The position numbers were made by a program, and so were the translations under genes. Positions 20,161 through 32,797 of a stretch of DNA of 64,000 nucleotides are shown here, in pieces (positions within the stretch are counted from its first letter, which is position 1; the number at the start of each line of letters is the position of its first letter). The stretch covers positions 96,001-160,000 of the forward strand of contig CBDCXR010000004.1 of assembly GCA_965223845.1 (NCBI GenBank). Direction: 5' to 3'. The notes beneath the pieces were generated by a model. That model saw only the letters and a list, made by a program, of their open reading frames with translations, searched no databases and was not told the DNA's origin. Source of the stretch: Planctomycetota bacterium. Its GTDB lineage: Bacteria > Planctomycetota > UBA8108 > SXIK01.

Positions 20161-23100
20161 ATGTCCGCGTACGTCCCTCTCTGGTGTAAGAGCAACTTCT
20201 CCTTTCTCGAGGGTGCCTCGCACCCGGAGGAACTCGTCGACGCGTGCAGTCAGCTCGGTCTTTCCGCGTTCGCGCTCACCGATAGAGACGGCGTGTACGG
20301 TGTTGTCGAGGCTCACGTTCGCGCTCGTGAATGTGGCGTTCGACTCATCATCGGTGCGGAGGTGTCGCTCGAGGACGATTCGACCTTGGTTCTCCTCGCG
20401 AGCGACCGAGGCGGATACGCGAATCTCTGCCGATTGATCACTCTCGGTCGTCGACGCTCGCCGAAGGGCGAGAGCGTCGTCCGGTGGGATGAAGTTTGCG
20501 CGCACGCCGAAGGAGTGCTCGCGCTCTGGGGAGGAGAACGAAGCTCGATCGTTCGACCCGTCGAGCCGCTCAGTACGGCGCAGCGCCTCGTTGAGGCGTT
20601 CGCCGGTCGTCTCTACGGCTTTGCCGTCCGTCACCGGCGGCCCGAGGAGAAGAGGACCGAGCAACTCCTTCGGCAGCGAGCCGAGCGGTATGGCTTTCCG
20701 ATCGTCGCGGGGAGCGAGGTTCTCTACCACCGGCGCGATCGGCGACGACTCCAAGACGTCCTGACGTGCATCCGCTGCGGCGAGGCGCTGGGCTCGATCG
20801 GTGACCGCACGAAGTCGAACGACGAGCACGCGCTCAAATCATCCCACGCGTTTCTGCGTCTCTTTTCGGACGATCCCCCTGCTGTGAGCCGCACGCTCGA
20901 GATCGCCGAGCGCTGCACGTTCTCTCTGGACGAGATTCGCTATCGCTATCCGGCGGAGGCTTTGCCGGACGGCACGACGACCTCGGAACGGCTGCGCGAG
21001 CTCGCGCTCGCGGGCGCCGCGGAGCGCTGCCGAGGGGACGTGTCCGCGGCGATGCGCGAGCAGATCGAAAAGGAGCTCTCGCTCATCGAGGAGCTCGATT
21101 ACGGCGGGTACTTTCTCACGATGTGGGAGATCGTCCAGTTCTGCCGGCGCGAGGGGATCCTCTGTCAGGGACGCGGCTCCGCAGCGAACTCTGCGGTGTG
21201 TTACGCGCTCGGGATCACGGCCGTCGATCCGGTCAAGATGGGGCTTCTCTTCGAGCGCTTTCTGTCGCGCGAGCGCGCCGAGCCACCTGACATCGATCTC
21301 GACATCGAGCACGCACGGCGCGAAGAGGTGATTCAGCACGTCTTCGCGAAGTACGGCCGCCGGCACGCGGCGATGGTGGCGAACATCGTTCGCTACCGCG
21401 CTCGTTCGGCGGTGCGCGATGTGGGAAAAGCCCTCGGCCTCGCCGAGACGGCGCTCGATCGACTCGCGAAGCTCCTTTCGCCGTACGACGCCATCGATCC
21501 ACGCGTTCTTTCGGAAGCGGGTCTCGATCCGCGGCAGTGTGTCTACAGCTTCCTCGTCGAGCTCGCGAATGAGATCATCGACTTCCCGCGGCATCTGTCG
21601 ATCCATCCCGGTGGATTTCTTCTCGGACACGAGCCGGTGTGTGATCTCGTCCCGATCGAAAACGCCTCCATGGACGATCGGACGGTGATTCAGTGGGACA
21701 AGGACAGTCTCGAGGAGCTCTGTCTCTTCAAGGTCGATCTCCTCGGGCTCGGTGCTCTCACTCAGCTCCATCTCGGCTTCGATCTGCTCGCGGAGCACTA
21801 CGGGAAGGACATCGACATGGCGTCGATTCCGAGCGCGGATGCTCCGACGTTCGACATGATCTGCCGGGCGGACACGGTGGGGGTGTTCCAGATCGAAAGT
21901 CGAGCGCAGATGGCGATGCTCCCACGGCTGAAACCGCGAACGTACTACGATCTCGTGATCGAGGTGAGCATCGTTCGTCCGGGGCCGATTACGGGCGGCA
22001 TGGTCCATCCGTATCTGCGCCGGCGGTCGGGGGAAGAGTCGGTGGTCTATCCCCACGAATGCCTCGAGCCCGTGCTCAAGAAGACGCTCGGTGTCCCTCT
22101 CTTTCAAGAGCAGGTGATCCGTCTCGCGATGGTCGCGGCCGATTACACGCCGGGGGAGGCGGATCAACTCCGTCGCGACATGGCGGCGTGGCGGAAGACA
22201 GGACGCATCGAACGCCATCGCGAACGCTTGGTGAGCCGCATGGCGGAGAAGGGGATCGCGCGCGAGTTTTCCGAGCGCGTGTTCGAGCAGATTCGAGGGT
22301 TCGGTGAGTACGGCTTTCCCGAGAGCCACGCGGCGAGCTTCGCGCTCATCGCCTACGCCGGTGCATGGATGAAGCGTCATTTTCCCGATGTCTTTGCGTG
22401 TAGTCTTCTCAATGCCCTCCCGATGGGTTTTTATTCCGCCGCGACCATCCTCGATGACGCCCGACGACACGGCATCGAGGTGCGGCCGACGGACGTGACG
22501 GTGAGTCGCTGGGAGTGTACGCTCGAGCCCATCGCCGGAAACGCCGAGCGCTACGCGATTCGCCTTGGCGCGCAGTTCGTCAAGGGACTCCGCCGAGCAG
22601 AGTGGGAGCGGGTCGAGCACGCGCGCGCACGGCGGCCGTTTGCATCCGTCGAGGAGGTCTCTCGACGGACGCGCCTCGACGCCGGAGCACTCACACGCCT
22701 CGCCGAAGTCGGTGCTTTTACTCGGCTCGAGGAAAGTCGCCGGCAAGCGCTTTGGACGACGAAGGGAGCCGCGCGTCTCGAAGAGACTCCTCTCGAGATC
22801 TCGATCGACGAAAGGAAGCCTCGCTTCGTCGGTCTCGACGCCTTCGAGAAAGTCGCGTGGGACTACTCGAGCTCCGGCGTCAGCGCGGCAGGGCATCCGC
22901 TCGCCTTCTTTCGCGAGCAGCTCACCGCGCTAGGGCTTCCCGATGCCCGCAGCGTCAACAGCCAGCCGAACGGACGGCGAGTTCGTTACGCCGGTTTCGT
23001 GATCTGCCGCCAGCGCCCGGGAACGGCTTCGGGTGTCGTGTTCATGACGCTCGAAGACGAGAGCGGATTCGTCAATCTCGTGATCTGGAGCCGAGTGTTC

Positions 23101-23256
23101 GAGAAAAACGCGCTGCTCCTCAAGACGACGCACTTTCTCGGCGTGAGCGGGAAGCTGCAAGTCGAGGACGGAGTCGCCCACATCATCGCCGATCGTTTTT
23201 GGCGTCCGGAGCTCGACGTCGGGAGTGCTCGCTCCGGCAGTCGCGACTTTCACTGA
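20161..23256 (+). CDS. dnaE2: Error-prone DNA polymerase DnaE2 (ImuC)
   Basis: [18 protein letters not shown] start, [45 protein letters not shown] and the diagnostic C-terminal SRDFH. Confidence 0.96.
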   Translation: MSAYVPLWCKSNFSFLEGASHPEELVDACSQLGLSAFALTDRDGVYGVVEAHVRARECGVRLIIGAEVSLEDDSTLVLLASDRGGYANLCRLITLGRRRSPKGESVVRWDEVCAHAEGVLALWGGERSSIVRPVEPLSTAQRLVEAFAGRLYGFAVRHRRPEEKRTEQLLRQRAERYGFPIVAGSEVLYHRRDRRRLQDVLTCIRCGEALGSIGDRTKSNDEHALKSSHAFLRLFSDDPPAVSRTLEIAERCTFSLDEIRYRYPAEALPDGTTTSERLRELALAGAAERCRGDVSAAMREQIEKELSLIEELDYGGYFLTMWEIVQFCRREGILCQGRGSAANSAVCYALGITAVDPVKMGLLFERFLSRERAEPPDIDLDIEHARREEVIQHVFAKYGRRHAAMVANIVRYRARSAVRDVGKALGLAETALDRLAKLLSPYDAIDPRVLSEAGLDPRQCVYSFLVELANEIIDFPRHLSIHPGGFLLGHEPVCDLVPIENASMDDRTVIQWDKDSLEELCLFKVDLLGLGALTQLHLGFDLLAEHYGKDIDMASIPSADAPTFDMICRADTVGVFQIESRAQMAMLPRLKPRTYYDLVIEVSIVRPGPITGGMVHPYLRRRSGEESVVYPHECLEPVLKKTLGVPLFQEQVIRLAMVAADYTPGEADQLRRDMAAWRKTGRIERHRERLVSRMAEKGIAREFSERVFEQIRGFGEYGFPESHAASFALIAYAGAWMKRHFPDVFACSLLNALPMGFYSAATILDDARRHGIEVRPTDVTVSRWECTLEPIAGNAERYAIRLGAQFVKGLRRAEWERVEHARARRPFASVEEVSRRTRLDAGALTRLAEVGAFTRLEESRRQALWTTKGAARLEETPLEISIDERKPRFVGLDAFEKVAWDYSSSGVSAAGHPLAFFREQLTALGLPDARSVNSQPNGRRVRYAGFVICRQRPGTASGVVFMTLEDESGFVNLVIWSRVFEKNALLLKTTHFLGVSGKLQVEDGVAHIIADRFWRPELDVGSARSGSRDFH

Positions 23257-23279
23257 CGATGTTCACCGTCCTATGAAGA

Positions 23280-23303
23280 GGATTCACCACGAAGTGCACG
23301 AAG
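23280..23303 (+). repeat. Dispersed repeat copy GGATTCACCACGAAGnnCACGAAG
   Basis: Matches the reverse complement of 46174-46197 at 22 of 24 positions; followed by an AG-rich tail. Confidence 0.8.
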
Positions 23304-23330
23304 GAAGAAGAGATAGAGGTGTAGAGAGAT

Positions 23331-23372
23331 AAAAAAACAGCCCCTGAACAAGCGCACTTGTTCAGGGGCTGT
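23331..23372 (-). terminator. Rho-independent terminator for the acidic protein gene (possibly bidirectional)
   Basis: 16-bp perfect stem ACAGCCCCTGAACAAG/CTTGTTCAGGGGCTGT with 4-nt loop; A7 run on + strand gives a U-tract on the - strand. Confidence 0.9.
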
Positions 23373-23400
23373 ACCGAATCGACGAAAACAGGACCGGTGT

Positions 23401-25194
<1,794 letters not shown>

Positions 25195-25471
25195 GATTTC
25201 CTCCTTCGTGACTCCATCGCGTGGAGTCCGAACCTAAAACGAGCACGTGAGGCGGCGATTCCGAGAACCGGTCGACGCCTCTACGCGTAGATCTTCGAAC
25301 GACGACCCGATTCGTTCCACCCGCGATGGCCGACTCCGACCAAGCGCGAACGACGAAGCCGCACACCGTGTGCGGTCGCCCGAGCGGCGAATCAGTCCCA
25401 ACCTCTTCCTCCGTGTCATCAGACCCACGGTGGCGCGTGGATGACGAGCCACCACGATCACGATCCAGTGT

Positions 25472-25487
25472 AGCAAATCCGTGGCCG
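25472..25487 (-). promoter_or_regulatory. Candidate sigma-54 (-24/-12) promoter upstream of the acidic protein gene
   Basis: Minus strand cGGCCACGGATTTGCT with exact GG-N10-GC spacing and TTGCT; imperfect -24 box. Confidence 0.4.
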
Positions 25488-25660
25488 CCGCGAATCAGCA
25501 CGCCGTCGAGAGTGGGAGCCGGCAGGACTTAGTGGGTCCAGGTCAGCGCCGATGTAAAGCCGTATTGGCAGACCGGCCGCGGAGAATGAAGGAATCGTTC
25601 GTTCCCGGATGGATCTGGATTCTGGATCTGTGTTCGTTGAGTGTCAGGGTCGAGCGAGCC

Positions 25661-26608
25661 TCAGGCGCACGAGGCCTCGCAATCGAGATCGTCGACCGTG
25701 GGATCCAACCCGCAGGACGCGGCGGGAGGCGGGATGACGAAACTATCCGAGAACAGCGTGTTCAGCAGCGCAATCGGGTCGGCAATGTTGAATTTTCCGT
25801 CATCGTTTACGTCGGCAGCCCGTCGGCATCCGATTCGATCGCTGCCGAAGAGCGCTCCGAGAGCCGCGATCGCGTCCGCGATGTTGACCTCTTCGTCTCC
25901 GTTCACTTCGCCTCGTCGAAACGAGTGGGGAGGGGGATCGAGGCGAGAGAATTCGAACGTGCCGATGACGGTATCGCCGAGCGGCGCGTTGGTGATCCTC
26001 ACGATCGGCTCGGGTGGTGAAGTCTCTTCGTTCGGCGATCGATACGTCTCACCGCTGTCCGTGCCGGCGTCGTAGCCGTGGAGCGGGACGACGAGGTGTT
26101 CCACCCATGCGTCGTCGCGGCGAAGCGACAGAGCGGACACTCCGACGAACCAATCGGGGCTCGGTGCGATCATCGAAACAATGGTGACCAGCGGATACTC
26201 CTCCGATACCTCGAACTCGACTTCCGCGGCGCCCGGGCTGCGGCCGATTCCCGGACCCGATAGGATCGCGCCGGCACGTCCCGCGTCGATGGCCTCCTGC
26301 ACCTCGGTCGTGAGTGGCGATTTCGACCCGCGCTCTGCCATCGCACGAATCCCGGGAGTAGCGAAGCCGCCGGATTCCCAGAAGCGCGCTTCGCCGCTGT
26401 GCGTCCCTCCGACGAGTCCGGAGAAGTGCGGCGAAGACGGAAACTCCGTCGGGTGCGTTTCCGCGCTCCAGGTCGACTCGAATCGAACGCGGTATCGCGC
26501 CGTATCGGCGGGAGCGGTGTTCGCCAGACTCGCGGCGAGCCCGAGGGCGAGAACCCATCGACGAGGCGCGAGAAGACGGTCGAGATTCGAGATCCGCAAA
26601 CTGGGCAC
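25661..26608 (-). CDS. Spondin_N domain protein with C-terminal dockerin-like domain
   Basis: YRVRFESTWS..HPTEFP..HFSGLVGGTH, SMIAPSPDWFVG, YDAGTDSG; FRRGEVNGD..DPTVDDLDC; signal peptide. Confidence 0.9.
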   Translation of the reverse strand: MPSLRISNLDRLLAPRRWVLALGLAASLANTAPADTARYRVRFESTWSAETHPTEFPSSPHFSGLVGGTHSGEARFWESGGFATPGIRAMAERGSKSPLTTEVQEAIDAGRAGAILSGPGIGRSPGAAEVEFEVSEEYPLVTIVSMIAPSPDWFVGVSALSLRRDDAWVEHLVVPLHGYDAGTDSGETYRSPNEETSPPEPIVRITNAPLGDTVIGTFEFSRLDPPPHSFRRGEVNGDEEVNIADAIAALGALFGSDRIGCRRAADVNDDGKFNIADPIALLNTLFSDSFVIPPPAASCGLDPTVDDLDCEASCA

Positions 26609-27048
26609 GGTTGCCTCCCTCGGTCCTTTGCACGATCGGGATACGGCCGGTCGAGTGTACGTTCGGTCCGGTGACGAGGATTCGCTCGGCTGAGCGAGCT
26701 GGTTACATCGGATCTCTCCCCGGGGTCGATTCCCCGTGGCTCGCGATCAGGCGCGATTACCTCCATCCTTCCCGCGACCGGTCCGTCTGTCGATGATTTC
26801 GTCTGCCGGCCGAGTGTCCTTCAGACGGCCCGAACCGGCGGACGGGAGCTCGACGGGACGATCGGACAATCCGTGTTTCCCGCGCCTGCGGGAGCTACCG
26901 AGGTGAACTTGACGATGCTGGGGTTTCTTTTGCCTGACCTCTGGCTAAACTTCAGGGTTCAGCCGGGCTCGGTTCGTCGTCCCCGCGCGGGAGCGACGCG
27001 CGCGGAGCGAACCACGAGAAGTATCGAAGTTCTCAGCGGAGATTCGAC

Positions 27049-28095
27049 ATGAGTGGAAACAACTATCCGAAGTTACACAACGCTGCCTGGCCCGGAGTCG
27101 TCGGCAAGGGCCCGGACGCGGAGGAGCCGTTCTTCGAGCTCGAGCGCATGCTCGACTTCACGGCGGCCGCCGAGGTCGACGGCGTCAAATTCGATGGCGT
27201 CGATCTCTTTCTGAGCGCTCCACACGTCGATATCGAATCCTCCGAGGACGACCTCAAGGCGCTCGCCGACAAGGTGAACGCTCGCGGACTAAGCGTCGGC
27301 TCGGTCGTCGCGCCGGTGTGGCCGCCGACGGGCGGCGGGCCCGCGATGGGAAACGCGGACGAGCGCGCGCTCTTCGTCGAGATGGTGAAGAAGGCCTGTG
27401 GGATCGCTCAGACCCTCAACAAGTTGGGCGTTCGACAGAGCGGCGTGGTTCGCATTGATTCGGCGGTCGACCCGGGGACGTGGGCCGCGGATCCCGACGG
27501 AACAAAGAAGATCGCCGACACGTTTCGCGAAGCCTGCGATGTCGCCGACGCGCACGGCGAGCGGCTCGCCGCGGAAGGAGAGATCTGCTGGGGCGGGATG
27601 CACAGCTGGACGGAGATGATTCGCCTTCTCGAGATGGTCGATCGGCCGAATACCCTCGGCTTCCAAGCGGACCTCGCGCACACGCTGCTCTACCTTCTCG
27701 GCTACAACGCTCCGGACTCTGCGCTGCTGCCGGAGAACTTCGATTGGTCGAACAAGGATCAGTTCGGAGAAGCGTACAAGAAGCTGACCGACGCGCTTCG
27801 CCCGTGGACGATCGACTTTCATGTCGCTCAGAACGACGCGACGGTGAAGGGCTCCGGCTCGCACGACAAGACGGGGCGTCACTGCCTCCCGAACGACCCG
27901 AGCGGGAAGCTCGACGTCGTCTGGGCGTCCGGTCACTGGCTGCGGGATGGGGACGGCAACGTTACGAAGACATGCCGCCACATTTGCTGGGACGGCTGCA
28001 TGTTCCCGAACGCCGTGATGGAAGATCCGCAGACGTGGAACGACATTCTCGCCGTGATGATCCAAGTGCGGAACGCGCACGGCTGGTCGGAGTAG
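27049..28095 (+). CDS. Sugar phosphate isomerase/epimerase (xylose isomerase-like TIM barrel)
   Basis: [53 protein letters not shown]. Confidence 0.85.
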   Translation: MSGNNYPKLHNAAWPGVVGKGPDAEEPFFELERMLDFTAAAEVDGVKFDGVDLFLSAPHVDIESSEDDLKALADKVNARGLSVGSVVAPVWPPTGGGPAMGNADERALFVEMVKKACGIAQTLNKLGVRQSGVVRIDSAVDPGTWAADPDGTKKIADTFREACDVADAHGERLAAEGEICWGGMHSWTEMIRLLEMVDRPNTLGFQADLAHTLLYLLGYNAPDSALLPENFDWSNKDQFGEAYKKLTDALRPWTIDFHVAQNDATVKGSGSHDKTGRHCLPNDPSGKLDVVWASGHWLRDGDGNVTKTCRHICWDGCMFPNAVMEDPQTWNDILAVMIQVRNAHGWSE

Positions 28096-28115
28096 CGACG
28101 GGCGCGCGGTGATTC

Positions 28116-28151
28116 AGAAGGCCTCGGGAACCGCGGGCTCCGAGGCCTTCT
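28116..28151. terminator. Hairpin between convergent genes, probable terminator
   Basis: AGAAGGCCTCGG..CCGAGGCCTTCT 12-bp stem; weak U-tract. Confidence 0.6.
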
Positions 28152-28244
28152 CGCTTTGACGAACTCTGGGCGGTGCTGGCGTTCCCGCGGCGTCAGGGTC
28201 TCGGAGTTTTCACCACTCCCACGTTCCATCCTCCCGATCCAGAT

Positions 28245-30218
28245 TCACTCCGGACCGTCCGTCCGAAACGGCGACGCAGGCAATCCCTCCTGATTGTAGA
28301 GATTGCACTCGGGATTGTTTGCCCAGGCGTAGCGCACCGCCACGGGGCGCTCGACCTTCGGCGATGAGACGACGATCGTGCTCCCGCGGATTTCGGCCTC
28401 GGCCCAGACGAACTTTCCGTCGTCGCCCGCGATGGCGAATCCTTTGAGCTCGCCTCCGCCGCGAGCGACGAGGCCACCGCCGACGTGGTCGAACTCGACG
28501 ACCATCGAGTTGCCGTCGGCGCGTGCACCTTTCGCCGTCGGTCCGGAATGCACGATCTTTTCGCCGTAAGCGATACCTCGCGCCGAGAGCGCCAGTCGGC
28601 GGCCGACGTCTTGCTTGTTTTTGGGATGGATGTCGTTCGCTTCGCCGATGTCGATGATGACCGCGACGCCGACCTTGGGATCGTTTGCCGCGGTGAGCGA
28701 CTGCGCTTCGCGAAGCTCGGCCCAGTTCGATTCAGTGGGTTTGTCGTTTCGCGCCATGAAGTTGGCGAGCTGAACGATGAAGAACGGAAAGTCGCCGACG
28801 CCGAACCGGGAGCGCCAGTCGGCGATCATCGTCGGAAGTAGGGTTCGGTACTGCGCGGGGCGACCGGCATTCGATTCGCCCTGATACCAGATCGCTCCCT
28901 TGATTGCGTACGGGACGAGCGGAGCGATCATTCCGTTGTAGAGGACCGTCGTCACGTTCGGGTTCGATCCGGCTGGGCGCGGTGGCGTGCCCGTCTCTCG
29001 GACGCTCTTCCCGGGGCGGAACCGCCATTCGCCGGCGAGTGAGATCGGATTTGCGTCCGCCCCGGCGCGGAGCCGCATCTGAGCCGCCTCGCCGTAGATC
29101 CCGCCGCCGCCGCCCGTGTCGAGAACTCGAATCGCGATGATGTTCCGCCCCGCTCGTACCGCCGACGCGGGCACGGAATACCGGCGCGAGCGCCGCCAGT
29201 CCGCCGTCGAGCCGATCTCGATTCCATTGAAGAACGTGGAGTCGGCGTCGTCGATCGGCCCGAGATCGAGCGTGAGCTTCTTCCCCGCCCAGCTCTCGGG
29301 GATGGTCACCTCGCGGCGAAACCACATCAGTCCGTCGAAGTCGGGAAATCCGGCGCGTTCCCACTGAGTCGGGAGCGACATCGTTCGCCACGCCGACGCG
29401 TCGAGATCGACGGCCGCCCAACTCGGTCGTCCGGGCGCGCTCCCCGGATCGTTCGTGCGGTACCACTCGGAGAGCTCGCGCTCGAACGAGTACTTCCCCT
29501 TCTTTTTCGCTTCGGCCGCGGCGACAAACCGCTCCACCGGCGCGCGGAAGTCGTCCATCGTGCGGAGCGCTCGCGCGCTCGTCCACGCTTCGGCGACCGT
29601 CCCTCCCCACGCGGACTGGATGAGTCCGATCGGTACGTCAAGGGACTCGTGAAGCGAACGGCCGAAGTAGTAGCCGACGGCGGTGAACGACGCGATCGTT
29701 TCCGGCTGGCACACGGACCAAGACGCGTCGACCGTCGCCCGAGGAGTGTCCGAGATTCTGCGGGGAACCTTGAAGAGTCGGATCTTCGGGTGGTTTGCCG
29801 CGGCGATCTCGCGATCGGGATCCTTGGACGCCCGGACGCTCCACTCCATGTTCGACTGACCGGAGCAGATCCACACGTCGCCGACGAGGATGTCGTTCAC
29901 CTCGCGACTCGCCGGCCCCGAGATTTTCATTCGGTGCGGGCCGCCGGCGGGAAGCGGTGCGAGGTGGACGGTCCAGCGGCCGTCGGGTTCGGCGCGAGTG
30001 CGCGCAGCGACCGTTGCGACGGAAACTTCGACCGTGGCGCCGGGTTCGGTCCAGCCCCAGACGCGGGTCTTCACTCCGCGCTGGAGAACCATGTGATCGG
30101 AAAACAGCGGATGGAGAAATGGACGATCGTCGGCGAGCGCAAGCGTCGAACTGACGGAGCCCGCTGAGAAGGCGATCAACGTGACGAGTCGAAATGTCGA
30201 AGCAGAAGATCGATTCAT
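28245..30218 (-). CDS. Sialate O-acetylesterase (SASA/SGNH) with inserted jelly-roll domain, secreted
   Basis: FSDHMVLQR, GDVWICSGQSNME, WGGT, LYNGMIAP, WYQGESN, DIHPKNK, PASPFRTD. Confidence 0.92.
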   Translation of the reverse strand: MNRSSASTFRLVTLIAFSAGSVSSTLALADDRPFLHPLFSDHMVLQRGVKTRVWGWTEPGATVEVSVATVAARTRAEPDGRWTVHLAPLPAGGPHRMKISGPASREVNDILVGDVWICSGQSNMEWSVRASKDPDREIAAANHPKIRLFKVPRRISDTPRATVDASWSVCQPETIASFTAVGYYFGRSLHESLDVPIGLIQSAWGGTVAEAWTSARALRTMDDFRAPVERFVAAAEAKKKGKYSFERELSEWYRTNDPGSAPGRPSWAAVDLDASAWRTMSLPTQWERAGFPDFDGLMWFRREVTIPESWAGKKLTLDLGPIDDADSTFFNGIEIGSTADWRRSRRYSVPASAVRAGRNIIAIRVLDTGGGGGIYGEAAQMRLRAGADANPISLAGEWRFRPGKSVRETGTPPRPAGSNPNVTTVLYNGMIAPLVPYAIKGAIWYQGESNAGRPAQYRTLLPTMIADWRSRFGVGDFPFFIVQLANFMARNDKPTESNWAELREAQSLTAANDPKVGVAVIIDIGEANDIHPKNKQDVGRRLALSARGIAYGEKIVHSGPTAKGARADGNSMVVEFDHVGGGLVARGGGELKGFAIAGDDGKFVWAEAEIRGSTIVVSSPKVERPVAVRYAWANNPECNLYNQEGLPASPFRTDGPE

Positions 30219-30409
30219 TGCACGGCCTTTCTCGATGAGGTTTCGACGCATGATACTCGACGCGATCGATGTCGCCGCGGAGCATTCCGAGAACGCGTGG
30301 ACTTTCGCCGCCATGGGCGCGACGCCGTCGGGTTCACTCCCCGCTCTCAGCGCCCGGTGGTATAGTGTCGGGCCAAACGACGACACGTACGTCCCAGCGG
30401 AGAAGCGAG

Positions 30410-31849
30410 ATGCCCCAGTACGAAATGTTCATCGGCGGTGAGTGGAAAGGCGCGAGCGCCACTCTCGACGTTCTCAATCCGGCCACCGAAGAAGTCCTCG
30501 GCACCGTACCCTCCGCGTCCCTCGAACAAGTCGAGGAGGCGCTCGAGAGTGCTCGACGCGCGCAAAAGGCGTGGGGGCGACTCACGGGAGTCGAGCGGGG
30601 CAACGTCCTTCGAAAGTGGGCCGACCTCGTCGATGCGAATCGCGACTCCCTCGCTCGGCTCCTTTCGCAGGAAGTCGGAAAGCCGCTCAAGGAGGCGTAC
30701 GGCGAGATCGACTTCGGGAACAGTTGGTTCCGCTACTACGCGGAGTTCGACCGACGCATCGAGGGCGACATTCTCGCACCCGACAAGCCGAACGAGCAGA
30801 TGTGGATCGTCCCGCAGCCGGTCGGCGTCGTCGTCGGGATCATCGCGTGGAACTTTCCTATCGCTGTGGCCATTCGCAAGATCGCACCCGTGCTCATCGC
30901 CGGGAACAGCCTCGTTCTGAAGCCGCACGAGGACACGTCGGTGAGTGTGCTCGAGCTCTGTAAGCTCGCCGAGGCCGCGGGTGTTCCACCCGGAGTCGTC
31001 AACGTGGTCACGGGAACTGGCGAGACGGTCGGCGAAGCTCTCACCCGGAGTCCGATCCCCGACGTAATTTCGTTTACGGGGAGCGTGCCGACCGGAAAGC
31101 GGATCGCCAGGGTCGCCGCCGAAAACGTGACTTCCGTCTCACTCGAGATGGGCGGGAAGGCGCCGTTCATCGTCATGGACGACTGCGACCTCGACGCCGC
31201 CGTCGACACCGCGATCTTTTCGCGTTTCCTCAATTGCGGACAGATCTGTATCGCGAACGAGCGGACGTACCTCCACCGGTCGATCGCGCCCGCGTTTCTC
31301 GATCGATTCGTCGAGAGAATCAAGGCGATGCGCGTCGGCGATCCCCTCGACGAGTCCACCGAGCTCGGTCCCAAAGTGAGCCGCGTCGAACTCGACAAGG
31401 TCGACGCGTTCGTCGAAGCGGCGAAGAAGGACGGTGCGTCCGCGCTCGTCGGCGGGAGTCGGCTCTCGGGCCCGGGTTACGAGAAGGGCTATTGGTACTC
31501 GCCGACCGTCCTCGTCGACGTGCGCCAAGATATGGACATCATGCAGAAAGAGGTGTTCGGTCCCGTCGTGCCCGTCATGGAGTTCGACGATTTCGAGCAG
31601 GGACTCGAGCTCGCCAACGACTCGCGATACGGCCTCGCGGCGTACCTCTTCACGAACGACGTCCACCGAATCATGCGCGCGGTACGCGACATGGAGTGCG
31701 GTGAGCTCTACATCAATCGCGGTCCGGGGGAGTCGATCCACGGCTACCACACGGGATGGAAGCAGAGCGGGATCGGCGGAGACGACGGCAAGTACGGACT
31801 CGAGCACTTCCTCAGAAAAAAGACCGTTTACTTGCGCTACAACGGGTGA
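30410..31849 (+). CDS. aldA: NAD-dependent aldehyde dehydrogenase (AldA lactaldehyde/glycolaldehyde dehydrogenase-like)
   Basis: AWNFP, FTGS, LEMGGKAP, catalytic GQIC, EVFGP, GELYINR, GWKQSGIGGDDGKYG as in AldA. Confidence 0.85.
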   Translation: MPQYEMFIGGEWKGASATLDVLNPATEEVLGTVPSASLEQVEEALESARRAQKAWGRLTGVERGNVLRKWADLVDANRDSLARLLSQEVGKPLKEAYGEIDFGNSWFRYYAEFDRRIEGDILAPDKPNEQMWIVPQPVGVVVGIIAWNFPIAVAIRKIAPVLIAGNSLVLKPHEDTSVSVLELCKLAEAAGVPPGVVNVVTGTGETVGEALTRSPIPDVISFTGSVPTGKRIARVAAENVTSVSLEMGGKAPFIVMDDCDLDAAVDTAIFSRFLNCGQICIANERTYLHRSIAPAFLDRFVERIKAMRVGDPLDESTELGPKVSRVELDKVDAFVEAAKKDGASALVGGSRLSGPGYEKGYWYSPTVLVDVRQDMDIMQKEVFGPVVPVMEFDDFEQGLELANDSRYGLAAYLFTNDVHRIMRAVRDMECGELYINRGPGESIHGYHTGWKQSGIGGDDGKYGLEHFLRKKTVYLRYNG

Positions 31850-31921
31850 TCGGACGGGAAATCCCCTCGCGGATGCCGCTCCGGGCGCGGAGAATCAAGG
31901 TCGGCAGAGAGAGGCGACGAC

Positions 31922-32797
31922 ATGAACGAACGCGAAGCGCGGCCGCTCGAGGATCTTGAGCACTGGGAAGACTTTCTGAAGGCTCGCTACCCCGAGGGCG
32001 TCAGCGTCGACGAACGCACGAAGCGATCGGGAGACTCCTTTCGTGACTACCGCGCAGAGGCGCGAGACACGGTGAAGGAGTTCTATCGGCTGAATCACGC
32101 GTATCAGTGCGTGGAGTTTGTGCGCGAGAAGAAGAAACAGTTTCTCGGGCTCGATCGGCGGGAGATGGGAGTGTGGGAGGCGATGGAGTTCCTCAACACG
32201 CTCGTCGACGATAGTGACCCCGACACTGAACTTTCGCAGCTCGAGCATCTCCTCCAAACCGCGGAAGCGATCCGAGCGGACGGTCACCCGCGGTGGTTCA
32301 TCCTGACGGGACTGATTCACGACCTCGGAAAGATCCTCTGTCTCTTCGGTGAGCCGCAGTGGGCGGTCGTCGGCGATACCTTTCCCGTCGGGTGCCGGTT
32401 CTCCGAGAAGATCGTGTTTCCCGAGTTCTTCGCCGCGAATCCGGACGCGAGCGTTCCGGAGTACCAGACGCCGCTCGGAATCTACGAGGAAAATGCCGGC
32501 CTCGATTCCGTCGAGCTGTCTTGGGGCCACGACGAGTATCTCTACCACGTTGTGAGGGACCATCTCCCCGAACCGGCGCTCTACATGGTTCGCTACCACT
32601 CGTTCTATCCGTGCCACCGGGAACGCGAGTACGAGTACCTGATGAACGAGCGCGACAAGGAGATGTTTGAATGGGTTCGGGCGTTCAACCCCTACGATCT
32701 CTACTCCAAGGACGAAGACCGTCCGCCAGTCGACGAGCTGCGCCCGTACTACGAAGAGCTCATCGACGAGTTTTTTCCCGCGAAGCTCAGCTGGTGA
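31922..32797 (+). CDS. Myo-inositol oxygenase (MIOX, di-iron HD family)
   Basis: [60 protein letters not shown]. Confidence 0.93.
   Translation: MNEREARPLEDLEHWEDFLKARYPEGVSVDERTKRSGDSFRDYRAEARDTVKEFYRLNHAYQCVEFVREKKKQFLGLDRREMGVWEAMEFLNTLVDDSDPDTELSQLEHLLQTAEAIRADGHPRWFILTGLIHDLGKILCLFGEPQWAVVGDTFPVGCRFSEKIVFPEFFAANPDASVPEYQTPLGIYEENAGLDSVELSWGHDEYLYHVVRDHLPEPALYMVRYHSFYPCHREREYEYLMNERDKEMFEWVRAFNPYDLYSKDEDRPPVDELRPYYEELIDEFFPAKLSW

Noticed and set aside
26694-26745. tRNA-like mini structure (GCGAGCT/GGCTCGC stem plus CGGGG-TCGATT-CCCCG arm)
   Set aside because: No D or anticodon arm, 6-nt T-loop, no CCA and a competing hairpin; easily chance in GC-rich DNA.
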